This document shows positions 32,890 to 43,117 of a DNA stretch of 64,000 nucleotides, piece after piece. A model generated the notes under the pieces. That model was not told the origin of the DNA. It did not search any database and saw only the letters and a list, made by a program, of their open reading frames with translations. Source of the DNA: Paramoeba atlantica (taxonomy: Eukaryota; Protista; Discosea); contig CDRNVI010000003.1 of the NCBI GenBank assembly GCA_977017575.1, positions 372,001-436,000 of the forward strand. The letters are read 5' to 3'. Numbering within the stretch: position 1 is the stretch's first letter; the number at the start of each line of letters is the position of its first letter. A program made the translations under genes and the position numbers.

Positions 32890-33552
32890 CTATCTCCTCG
32901 CCCGGCTCCGCATCTGTACCGGCGCTCCACGCTGTAGGTCAGGGTAATCCAGAACTTTTCGAAAATCCTCCAGCACCTTATCCCCGGCCAGCAATTCCAT
33001 CTGGGAGGGCTCGTACCCTTGCTGCCGGCACAGCTCCTCCTTCACCTCCCAGATGTATTTCCACGGAGCCACGGCGTAGCGAGGCATCGTGGGGTACGGG
33101 TCCGGGGTGATTGCGGTGCCATCATACTCGCTGGAGTAGCAGCGACCACTAGAGGGAAGGGAACCTCCCGTCAAGGGTACAGAGGATGCAGCAGATGCCG
33201 AAGAGGCCACACTCGAGGGCATGTGCTGCTCCCGTAGACTCCCAAGCTCGGTTCGTTTTTTAGCTTGCTTCGGGTTGACATAGGAACCCTCGCGTACGGC
33301 GGCATATCGTGCTCGTAAGCTCCTGGCGTCGGGGCAGTCAGAGAAGTCAATGCCCTTGTCATAGAGGTATTCTGTGATTTCAGTGATGGTGGCTTTGTCG
33401 GAGGCAGCGGGCTCGGATGGGGGGTAGAGGGAGCTGAGGAAGGCTTGTCGGGAGTGGGAAAGGAGCGGAGGATGGCGTTCGGAGACGAGGAAAATAGGTG
33501 TGGAAGATGAGGAAACGCGGAGAGAACGCCCACAGAAAAGCAAACGATGCAT
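32890..33552 (-). CDS. Conserved hypothetical protein, probable mitochondrial (paralogue B of 31489)
   Basis: Presequence-like start MHRLLFCGRSLRVSS; same two conserved blocks as the neighbouring gene. Confidence 0.75.
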   Translation of the reverse strand: MHRLLFCGRSLRVSSSSTPIFLVSERHPPLLSHSRQAFLSSLYPPSEPAASDKATITEITEYLYDKGIDFSDCPDARSLRARYAAVREGSYVNPKQAKKRTELGSLREQHMPSSVASSASAASSVPLTGGSLPSSGRCYSSEYDGTAITPDPYPTMPRYAVAPWKYIWEVKEELCRQQGYEPSQMELLAGDKVLEDFRKVLDYPDLQRGAPVQMRSRARR

Positions 33553-33903
33553 ATAGGCTAGATAATTAGGATAAAAATAGATTATTTTTTAAGAATGAAT
33601 AAATATTTGTTTCGGATAATAAAGAGGATAATTTTTATTAGGACAATCTGAAATAATGTGAATGGAGATAAACAGTGAAACTCTAAAGAACAAATTCTTT
33701 AGGATCCTTAAAGTTTATGGCGATGTCGAAGCACTACGTCTCATGTAAGAGCATGAATAATATGAAAATCCATGCATACACAATAAGAAAATAACCTAAT
33801 ACGAGTATTATACTGTACAAGTATCATGCCGATTTCTCCCCATTTTGATTCGAAGAAAAGATTACAACTCTACGGCGCCTCATTAGTCTTTAACCGTTGA
33901 CTC

Positions 33904-34197
33904 CTAATATTTGTTTCCATCATTGTCATCGTAGCGAAATTTCCAAGGTCGATAATTGAGATTATTTTCGAGCAAAAATAAATTGCGATTCCTTTGTGAA
34001 AAGAAGGTCAATCCCATAAACAAAGGTGTCCAGTAGGGAACAAACCAACGATCCAACAGAAAAGTTTTCACATCTAACCACTTGTCTATTACATCTTGCG
34101 TTTCCGCATGAAAAGAAACCAGCTTATGTCGTGTACGAAAATGATCAACAATACTGTTCCACATTTGTGGTGAATTCGAAAGAGTATCCTCAGCCAT
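33904..34197 (-). CDS. Small hypothetical protein (97 aa), possibly a membrane-complex subunit
   Basis: On the cluster strand; polypyrimidine tract and AG (TTTTTTACTTTTTTTATCAG) 9 nt before the ATG; aromatic-rich hydrophobic segment. Confidence 0.6.
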   Translation of the reverse strand: MAEDTLSNSPQMWNSIVDHFRTRHKLVSFHAETQDVIDKWLDVKTFLLDRWFVPYWTPLFMGLTFFSQRNRNLFLLENNLNYRPWKFRYDDNDGNKY

Positions 34198-34230
34198 TCG
34201 AGCAGTCTGATAAAAAAAGTAAAAAAGGGG
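34198..34230 (-). promoter_or_regulatory. Putative trans-splice acceptor (polypyrimidine tract + AG)
   Basis: Minus-strand CCCCTTTTTTACTTTTTTTATCAG immediately upstream of an ATG. Similar pyrimidine tracts precede other genes (e.g. 49044-49085). Confidence 0.5.
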
Positions 34231-34464
34231 AATTCAAAGATAGATTCAATTCAAAGATATTAAATTAAGGATTATAGTCTGTCGAGAAAATGTGAAGAGT
34301 AAAATGGCCATGCACAAACATACTTTAAATAAGATAAAGGGAAGCAAAAATAAAGGGAGCGCGGCCAAAACAAGTCATAAATACCAATACTAAATATTGC
34401 GTAACGTGTTTTTTCAGCAAAAACGTAACCGAGGCGACGCCAACACCACACAAAAGTATTTTCT

Positions 34465-36534
34465 CTAAAACAGTCCTTTAGAAAGTTCGTGTGTATCATT
34501 CTCCACAGAATCTACATCTGAAATCGCATCAAGACACTCCAAGATGTCACGAAGCTCTTCCTCCCTCTCCGAAAGATCGGTGGATTTGACGCCTTTGTCG
34601 AACGAAGCTATTTCTTTTGAAGAATCTTTTTCTATTGTGTTATCCATTAGAGAAGCACGTTCCTCATAAGCGAGTAGCTCCTTTGGAATGTAATCTTTAC
34701 TAATACTGGCAGATACTTGGCTCATCTCCAAAAGGCTTGAGGTTTCTAAATGAAGGCTCACAAAATTAACTCGTTCAACGTGTCCCCCATCATACTTATC
34801 AATTTCAACTACAACTCGTTGACCTACAGGCAAAATACTTGACAAGTTCTGTACCTGTGGGAATACTTCTCGTACCGATGCTATGGACATTCTAGCCGGT
34901 GCAGCTATTTTGTATCCTGTTCCCACGTAAACAAGCAAGTCCCGATAGAGATGCAGTGTTCCGATAATAATTCCGACAACGATTTCGCCTTTAGTTAGTA
35001 CGCGCGAAAGTGGAAGAATCATTGCTCGCTCTCGTTGAAGAAGAGATTGTTGAACCTCCTGGGACATCGAAGCAAAGTACTTATCATCCTCAAAGTGCGC
35101 GAGAATTCTTACAGAAAGGATACTACCAATTGGATGGAGTGACCTCCAATGCGGAGAAATATGGCGCGCCCCATGCTTATTTGCTGAACGATGGTCATCA
35201 TCGTCATAGTATTCAGTTTCTTCCGAACATGATACAATATCTTTTCTATGTACTCGTATTCGAGCAGAAAGATCTGATTCCGACCCGTGTTCGCCCTGCA
35301 GTGGTACGAGTTCCATGTCATGCACCCCGTAGGACTCAACGCGAGCAGATACAGTTTCATTCAACTGGTACCTCGAATGGAGCGGCTTACGTACCGCATC
35401 CTTTTCTTGGTCCATTTTCCGCATTCTTTTCATTCCTCCTGAACATTCGCTTCTAGAACTTTCCGTACTTACTGGAACCAAGGCGTGTGAAACTGTCATG
35501 TACTCTTTGTACTTTGTTTCTGTAACAATTTTTCCAGAAAGTTCGGGCTCTACAGCAGTGATTTCTATAAAAACGATTTCATTATGGGATTGTTTGACAG
35601 GCCGTTTATAGTTCTTAGAGAACGGATTTTTCAAGTCGTGTTTTATCCGTACACATTCAACACGTAAGGAATCCAACGGGTATGATACCTCCGATAAATT
35701 CTCTGCCTTTCTGTGGAGACCGATATCTATTAAGCGAGGTAGCGTTGATGTTCGTTGCTGTTCGCGTAGAAGGTGTTGTTGATATAGTTCAGGGCTAGCT
35801 TCATAACCCCGAGTAATTAGTCCAACATGTAAGTCGGATTCGCGTAAAAGTGAAAGTGTCCAATCGCATCGGGCGCTAAAATCTACATAATTATCGATGA
35901 ACATCATTCCAACAGGATCTTTGTAGGATGCTAACTGGTGATCCGAAAATGAAATTGCCCAATTCCGCTGAAATGCTTGAAGAAGAGCGGAGGCTTTTGC
36001 TATTGATTTTGTCCGAATGTGCCCAAAATAAACCGAATTATCTGGAGTTCCCAAGACCGGGCGAATGATTTCGCGAAGTTGATTGTTGTGTGTGCCTTGA
36101 AAGCTGTCGTGTACAACGTGGACACTGATGGATTCACCCGACTTCAAGTCCTTATCTAGAGTCCTAATTTTTTTCCTCAACTCAGAAACCTGAAGTGGAA
36201 GATATTTGCCCCATATGAGCAAACCCTCAGAACAGAGATCCTCATGCGGGGGAGAATACTGTACAGTGGCTTGCTGCGGAGAAAAAGATTCACCGCTCTT
36301 CTGGTGTTCCTCAACTAAATCAGCGATAAAACGTTTGGCGCTTGTGGTTCTTTGGAATTGAATGAGAATGCTATTCTTTCCCTCACTTGAGAAAATCTGA
36401 AGTGTTTCCACAACACCGTATGACGAGGCTGCAGCAAAAAACCGCGAACGCTGTTCATGCGCTTTAGGATGAAGAAATCCTGTTAATATAACTCGCCTTG
36501 TGGTTGACATGGTGAAGGGTATTTCATCATTCAA
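34465..36534 (-). CDS. Hypothetical RNA-binding protein (RRM-like N-terminus, S1/OB-like C-terminal repeats)
   Basis: RRVILTGF...YGVVETLQIF...ILIQF is RRM-like; GSILSVRIL, KGEIVVGIIIG, PVGQRVVVEIDK are S1-like. Confidence 0.55.
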   Translation of the reverse strand: MNDEIPFTMSTTRRVILTGFLHPKAHEQRSRFFAAASSYGVVETLQIFSSEGKNSILIQFQRTTSAKRFIADLVEEHQKSGESFSPQQATVQYSPPHEDLCSEGLLIWGKYLPLQVSELRKKIRTLDKDLKSGESISVHVVHDSFQGTHNNQLREIIRPVLGTPDNSVYFGHIRTKSIAKASALLQAFQRNWAISFSDHQLASYKDPVGMMFIDNYVDFSARCDWTLSLLRESDLHVGLITRGYEASPELYQQHLLREQQRTSTLPRLIDIGLHRKAENLSEVSYPLDSLRVECVRIKHDLKNPFSKNYKRPVKQSHNEIVFIEITAVEPELSGKIVTETKYKEYMTVSHALVPVSTESSRSECSGGMKRMRKMDQEKDAVRKPLHSRYQLNETVSARVESYGVHDMELVPLQGEHGSESDLSARIRVHRKDIVSCSEETEYYDDDDHRSANKHGARHISPHWRSLHPIGSILSVRILAHFEDDKYFASMSQEVQQSLLQRERAMILPLSRVLTKGEIVVGIIIGTLHLYRDLLVYVGTGYKIAAPARMSIASVREVFPQVQNLSSILPVGQRVVVEIDKYDGGHVERVNFVSLHLETSSLLEMSQVSASISKDYIPKELLAYEERASLMDNTIEKDSSKEIASFDKGVKSTDLSEREEELRDILECLDAISDVDSVENDTHELSKGLF

Positions 36535-36787
36535 GAAAACACTAGGAGACAGATGAAAAGGATGACTTCAGAGGAACGCTATGCAGCGCTTGAAGAATAT
36601 TTTTATACAATAGAGTCATCAAAAATGTCTTGTACCAAGAGAGTATCACAATGGACGACTCATTGCCGTATACTTTTTAATTCATACTATTTTGTTTACG
36701 TACAAATCTGGATCATGCAACGAGTAGCATTTATGTATCATTCTACATTCGGATTAAGAATACCATCTTATGTCCAAATTTTACTGA

Positions 36788-37387
36788 CTAGAACTCAACT
36801 AATCCTCTCTCTGATTGCATGTTCGTCCCTGTAGTTGAATCGTCGTTCATGCGTTCAAAAGGGAGTGAAAACATAGACCGTATCGTTGGCAAGTCGACAT
36901 TCTCCCAAAGTCGAGCTTTTAGTCTTTCTGCCCATGCTGTGTCTGTGGGATCACCACTAACCACAATATGAGAAACGTCCCGTTCTTGAGAAAGACGGTC
37001 TACAATTTCCATCATGGCTCCTGCGGGGGCCAAAATGGTGATCGGCACACTTGGAGGCAACTGCTCGTTGTACTGCCCAATTTCATATGTCATGCCAACA
37101 AGATGAGCATCTCCACGGCGAGATGGCGTTGAGTCAATTTCTATATTTTGTCTTTGTAGCAATGCATAGTAACTTGGCCGACCAGCGACGACCCGGTGTA
37201 ACAAAGTGTCATTGTTCGTAAACATGGAGACGAAGCAGTTGGGGGGAATAAGGGGTTTAGGGCTGTGAATGCGCTCATCCGCAACGCTAAAGAAGTTCCG
37301 AAGTGCATCAAGGTCCACAGCAAGAATTTGACCAAAATTGTCGCGTTCAAGAGTGAGGGTGGATCGACCGTGCTCCGAATTGTCCAT
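36788..37387 (-). CDS. Hypothetical protein (199 aa)
   Basis: Cluster-strand ORF with globular composition that fills the gap between genes; no motif recognised. Confidence 0.55.
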   Translation of the reverse strand: MDNSEHGRSTLTLERDNFGQILAVDLDALRNFFSVADERIHSPKPLIPPNCFVSMFTNNDTLLHRVVAGRPSYYALLQRQNIEIDSTPSRRGDAHLVGMTYEIGQYNEQLPPSVPITILAPAGAMMEIVDRLSQERDVSHIVVSGDPTDTAWAERLKARLWENVDLPTIRSMFSLPFERMNDDSTTGTNMQSERGLVEF

Positions 37388-37646
37388 ATTGTATTTATAC
37401 TATTTATGCTTGTTTGGATAAACGTGAAAGTTTTGTTTCGTGAAAGTATTTTGAAAACAATACAAACGTTAGTAAAAGTAATGAATTGCATTCTGTACGC
37501 CCTGAAAATAAGAAGGGAATTTTTACTCCTACACGACACGAGACATGTAAAATGAGTGATGTAAAATATCCCTCCGAATAGCGAAAAAAATAACTGCGTT
37601 CGTGCGCCTACCACTACTCATTAACATACATGTATGTACCGATCAA

Positions 37647-38432
37647 CTACTCTACCACCATGTCTTCATCTGACACAGAAGACACTTTGGCAAGCAATAA
37701 TGTTTTCATGTTTTCAGCACTTTGCATATCCCAAGGAAACACGTTGAGTTCCTTCGCCTTACTCACAATGCTGTCTACAACATTTATGTGTAACATTCGA
37801 CCGGCTCGCTGAAGCAGAGTAATGGCATTGTGTGTCCGAGCCAGCTCAATACGAGTGTCTGGACCTCCTCGACTGCTTAGCCAAATAAACCCGTTGACCC
37901 CGACCACAAGTCGAATCTCAGGAGCACAACTTAAAGAATGGAAATGCTTTCGGGTACGAGGAATCAGCTGTGGGCGTACGGTAAGCAAGAACCCGTCACT
38001 CATGCGTCCATACTTCTCCCCACTGCGCGTGTGCAACGAGATTGTGCCGTCGGGGAGCACACGCTGTACCTCGCACGCCACCACATCTCCCTCTGCAAAG
38101 ATGTTCCGCATCTGCAACTCATCCTCTCGGCCCCGACGACGGAGCACCCCGCCGGGTTCCGTGACATTGGAGAGCAGCATGAACGCGTCCTGGTGTGACC
38201 CGACGTGGACTTTCCACCGGGTACCACTAATTTCCTTCACACGTCCCACAATCACATCTCCGGTCTCCCCAAGATACCGGGATGAGGGAGCGCGTACCGA
38301 GACAACGCGATCGATGGCCTCCACGGTGCCACAAACGCAAGAGAGTATCCGCTCCCCTGAGGTGTAGGTGTTGTACCCGCGAAGGCTTTCGGAGGTGTTC
38401 CCAACCTCATCTCCTGTAATGGCAATATTCAT
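37647..38432 (-). CDS. RRP4: Exosome complex cap subunit RRP4
   Basis: SRYLGETGDVIVGRV, WKVHVG, GGVLRRR..EDELQMR, SLHTRSGEKYGRM, GVNGFIWL. Start at MNIAIT. Confidence 0.95.
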   Translation of the reverse strand: MNIAITGDEVGNTSESLRGYNTYTSGERILSCVCGTVEAIDRVVSVRAPSSRYLGETGDVIVGRVKEISGTRWKVHVGSHQDAFMLLSNVTEPGGVLRRRGREDELQMRNIFAEGDVVACEVQRVLPDGTISLHTRSGEKYGRMSDGFLLTVRPQLIPRTRKHFHSLSCAPEIRLVVGVNGFIWLSSRGGPDTRIELARTHNAITLLQRAGRMLHINVVDSIVSKAKELNVFPWDMQSAENMKTLLLAKVSSVSDEDMVVE

Positions 38433-38733
38433 GCGCCGAAAACACAAAGAAACCCAATACTTTCCTAGAAAGAAAAGTATGACTATGAATTTATAGAGTG
38501 GCATGAGGTTTGATCAACGTACACGATTTTGAGGAAATTATTTTTCCTCATTGAAAAATGGATTAAAAAACTTCGTCCACAATTCGAAATACCTAGCCTG
38601 AAATATCCCTGTGTAGCAAATGGGAGAGTACTATAGCAGAATCGTAACATTAAAATTTTTAACAAAAAAAAGAAATCTATAGCAGAAATATTTACAAGCA
38701 CGTACAAGAAATGATAAAGTACAAGGAAATTTT

Positions 38734-39405
38734 CTAGGATTTTTCTTCAAAAAAGTCGGTTTCATAAAGCGCACCTCTTGCAGTCCTAAAGGTGACGTTA
38801 TTGTGTGACACTTCAACGCTTGCCTCAGAGGAAAGTTTTTCTTTCTTATTTCTGCTCCATCCTATGGATACCACCTTTACCAGTCGCAATTTTCCAGATC
38901 TCTGAGTATAGTATTCTGATCCAATTTTTACTCTATACGCTGTCTTAAGATAAAGATGTCTTTCGGTTCCTTCTTCTCGTACAGCTACAAACTCTGAATT
39001 CGCGTATTTCTCGGATATTTTTCCACGAGAAGATTTGATGTTGATTTCAGATACATTTCTTGCAGTGCTGCGCTGTGAAGCGATATCACCGTGCCTTACT
39101 TCGCTACCTTTCTCCATATTTCTCTTGTTATTCCGATTTCCGACTTTTGTATTATTTATTGATTTCTTTGGAGCGTTTAAAATTGTATCCTTACTGGGTG
39201 ACTGTCTTGGAGTCTTTGTTGAACTCTTCGTAGTGCCTAAAGTCGTCTCCTTATTGGGCAACCCTGCTGAGTGCGTGCAAACTTTTTGCATAGCAGGCAA
39301 AGCCAATATTTCATAACACAAAGTCATAATTTTTCTTCGTCCAATTTCTTGATTGTCCGCCGCCGACTGGAAATAACCTCGAAGCTTCTCTACTTTGACT
39401 GGCAT
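38734..39405 (-). CDS. Hypothetical Lys/Ser-rich protein
   Basis: Cluster-strand ORF; first ATG at 39405; no domain recognised. Confidence 0.5.
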   Translation of the reverse strand: MPVKVEKLRGYFQSAADNQEIGRRKIMTLCYEILALPAMQKVCTHSAGLPNKETTLGTTKSSTKTPRQSPSKDTILNAPKKSINNTKVGNRNNKRNMEKGSEVRHGDIASQRSTARNVSEINIKSSRGKISEKYANSEFVAVREEGTERHLYLKTAYRVKIGSEYYTQRSGKLRLVKVVSIGWSRNKKEKLSSEASVEVSHNNVTFRTARGALYETDFFEEKS

Positions 39406-40807
39406 AGAAAAAATATGAAGTATCAATGTCAATTTTTGACCCAGAGAATAGTTTTAAGCACAACGTTTAGGAACAGATTTCGCGACCGTTCTATTTGCAG
39501 CCATCAGGGGAAAATGCTACTGTCCCCTCCCTTACACGCAACCGTTTGACCCTACGACTTATCGTAGCTACAATAATAATTATTGTAATAATATTTATTA
39601 ATAATAATTATTATTAAAAAAAGCAAATTATTAGTATTATCAATAGTTCAGTATGCATTTACGCGAGGGGCTGCGAGTGACACATGGGGAGCCCCTCGCA
39701 TGTAGACATATGGTCGGCGTCATTTGCAGCAGTATGATGGCAGCACCAGGGAAGACTGCGAGATCCAGAAAGCTCATTTTCGTTGCAACACATCATACAA
39801 ATACAGAGTTTGATATTTCCCGGCCCTCGATATCAGCACTCCACAAGGAGTTGTTGTTGGTACAGCACATTTACCTGCGTCAGGCGCAGGCTCCTACTTC
39901 CCGCGTAGGTTGAGGTGCATATAGTGATGCTCGAAGCATTAGCATCGACTCCATAAGGAGATCCCCATCAATGCTCCTTTTCGGCATGAAAATATTGTTT
40001 GATACAAAATTAAGGGGGAGAAATCTGAGTATAAAAGCCCAATAATAATTTATTAATAATCTATTAATAGTAATTGCGGTGGTTGTTTAACTACCGCTCT
40101 ACCCCCGATTATTGAAAAAAAGTGAAGAAAAACAGTGAAAATTTAAAGAGAAGCACAGCAATATAATAGAAGAAAAAAATATAAAAGTGGGCTCCGGTGG
40201 TCCAAAATTGAAAAAATTGAAAAAAATGGGGGGTCTAGGGGGGGGGTCCAGTAGGGGTCATGGTCGAGCAATTTTTTTTGAAAAAATTATTTTTCAAAAA
40301 AAAAGCGCAGAAGGGGTAGCCGGGATCTTGGCGCGTATTTTCCACCCCCCTACCCGGGGGTGACCCCCCCGCGTATCCGCAGGACGGGTCCGCCAAGTTC
40401 GGATTTTTTCGGAAAAGATTTTTTTTTGAAAAAACAATCGAGTTGGCGAAAAAAATGGCGAAAAAAATATTTTTTTCAAAATCCTTTGCCCTATTGTATT
40501 TTGATAGTTTAGGATCGATACTAGCCTTCCGCACCGTTGGTTTCGCAAGGTATCCCTTCTTGTAGCCGTGGTATGCTTCCCAAAATGACCCATTTTTGAC
40601 TAAAAAATGCGAAAAAGTAAGTTTCGGACCCAAAGGGGGCCTTTTTGTGTCGAAAGAGTGGTATGGTTGGAGTCGCATTCTCTACAGAATACGTTCCGTA
40701 CCCTTGAACGCATGCCTACGTGTGATTTCCCACACGCAAAAGTCGAATTTAGTGCTCGGAGAGCAAAAATACCCAAAAATCACCCCGTTTTCACCTAAAA
40801 ATCGGCT

Positions 40808-41004
40808 ATTTTGGCTCAAATCCTTCCTTTTTCTCCAGCTTTCCTGGCTAATTTTTTTAGTCTCTTCGTTAAACGCGGTGGTAGTTTTCAACGCGAAGCG
40901 CGCAGCATGAGTGACTTCTAAGTTTAACAACCACCGCGTTTAACGAAGAGTCTAAAAAAATTGGCCAGGAAAGCTGGAGAAAAAGGAAGGATTTGAGCCA
41001 AAAT
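40808..41004. repeat. Foldback / MITE-like inverted repeat (about 78-bp arms, about 40-bp spacer)
   Basis: ATTTTGGCTCAAATCCTTCCTTTTTCTCCAGCTTTCCTGG...CTCTTCGTTAAACGCGGTGG pairs nearly perfectly with 40925-41004. Confidence 0.85.
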
Positions 41005-41186
41005 TATTACCGAACTAATTATTAATAATCCTGCAGCACTTATGCGCAACGCAACGTTTGACGCAGTGCAAGAAAATGAAACGGGGCGATTTTTTTTTGA
41101 TTTTGTAAAAAATCAATTTCCCACTTAAGATTTTCTTGACTCGGCTACTTATGCGTAATATTAAGCCAAAACCGGGTTGCGTTTAA

Positions 41187-42779
41187 CATACCTTCCGCGT
41201 GTATGTGTGTACGTACACGTGTAAGTTAGCCACTTACACACTTTTTTGGTAACCCGTTTCGTAACAGGTGTACAGCAAAAAAATAATTATATGTACTTAC
41301 CAAACGAAACTAGTCAAATTTAATATAGTGTTTCATATGATTACATTCTTTCCTGACTTTCATTTCTCTTTTTGCTTTATGGGAAAGCGATCTCGCGTAA
41401 GCAGACGCGGACACACACAGACGAATTCACAGCCAACGGAGGAGAATGAGTCTCCTGAACATTTCAAGCTTGAACAATGTTGTGGATCTCCTGACAGCTC
41501 CAGCAATGAAAAATGCAAGGCCTATGCTCAGCGCAATACTGATGAGGTCCTCAGGAATAGTTTCGGGAACAGAGCACACTTTCAATGTAAACATTGTTCG
41601 TTCTTCTCGCATTCCCCCCCCAACAATGTATATTACAAACATCGCGTCGAATGTAAAGGGCCTGAAGAATCGATAAATTAAGAAAATATTGATTCTGTGA
41701 GCGTCTTTACTAGAAAGGTTTTACCGTGTTTGCTATCCTCCACCAATTTGTATTACTGAGATTGCTTGGAATGCTTTTGTTACCGCCGCTAATTATCACA
41801 TAAGCCCCGTCAAGCACACGAACGAGCACGTGTGGTGGGAGGACATCGGGCGAACAATGTTTCCGGAAGTGTATCGGGCAGCGAAACATTGGATTTGGCT
41901 TCCTTCTGTAGTAACGCAATGCGATTCGTGGCTTTCAGTGTTAAGTAACAAGTACAGTAGTCGACAAGCCATTATTGGAACATGTACAGTCGGAAATCAA
42001 ATGTTTTTACGAGGAAACATGTCATATTTACCTTATTTGGATAAGTCGATAAAACCTATTGAGCAGTGCAATACGCAAAAGGGAGAAACCAGTAGCTACT
42101 ATACTGAAGATAACACGTGCACATCTGAGAGTTCGCATTCTGAAGTTGAAACCGATAATATTATTGATTCGTAACTTTAAATGGTTCTACAATGCGTCGT
42201 ATATTTCATTGTATGTTTTGAAAATTAAAATTTCAAGATAATATATTTCAAGATAAGATAGGGCGGGGGGGAGGATAGGCTTCCGGTGGGCCTAGGGGGT
42301 GTACACCAAAAAACATATTCGTTATATTTGTATGTAATGTTTTGAATTTAAGCATTTTTATATCCTCAGATGCTAATTACGATAAAGTATACTTTTGTTT
42401 TCTCATTTTACGTGGGTTTTTCCGTCCGTTCTTCTGTTTTTCCCATTGTAAAAAATGGGAAATTATTTACATATTTTATAAACCTATACTACCCCTGTGT
42501 ATACAGGGGGATAAGAGTAGGAAAACTACTCAAACGAAAAAAGATAAAGATATTGTTTCTGTAAAGCTGCCTTCTCCGAAAGCTCTCGGACTTACCTGGC
42601 ACTACCATCTCATTGACGGTACGCGCGCCGACCAAAAACGTCATTGGTTCAAAAAACCAAAAGGTGGACAAAGAATATTTGATACTCTCTGTAAAGTGTG
42701 TAAGTGGCTAACTTACACGCGTGTAAGATCCCACTTACACGCTCATTGTGTAAGTGGCTAATTTAGCCCGGAAGGTATG
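41187..42779 (+). mobile_element. Internally deleted hAT-like DNA transposon
   Basis: Perfect 11-bp TIR CATACCTTCCG; flanking direct repeat GTTTAA; repeated subterminal TTAGCCACTTACAC/GTGTAAGTGGCTAA motifs at both ends. BED-finger-like QCKHCSF...KHRVEC (41379-41681) and hAT dimerisation-like WWEDIGRTMFPEVYRAAKHWIWLPSVVTQCDSWLS (41830-42174). Confidence 0.82.
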
Positions 42780-43117
42780 GTTTAAGTGGGGGGCAATATG
42801 TAGAAACTTTACATCCACTATTGCACCCTCAACTCAAAAAACTTTTGAAAAAAAGTTTTTTCCTGGAATGTGTACATGTAGATTGAAACAAAGGAAGTAC
42901 ACAGGCGCAAATTTAATGTATGTTGCATTATTTTCGCATGGGGGTATAAGAGACGAAATCCCTTGCCCAGGAGTAAAATGCTAAGGAAGGAATCAAATGT
43001 GGAGAAATGACCCAGTTGCAACCCGTTGTCTTCGTATCTCACACCGATGAGACCAAGAATTTGGAGTAAAACAGATGGAGGTCGTGCGTAACCTCGGTAG
43101 TGAACATATTTGCGAAT

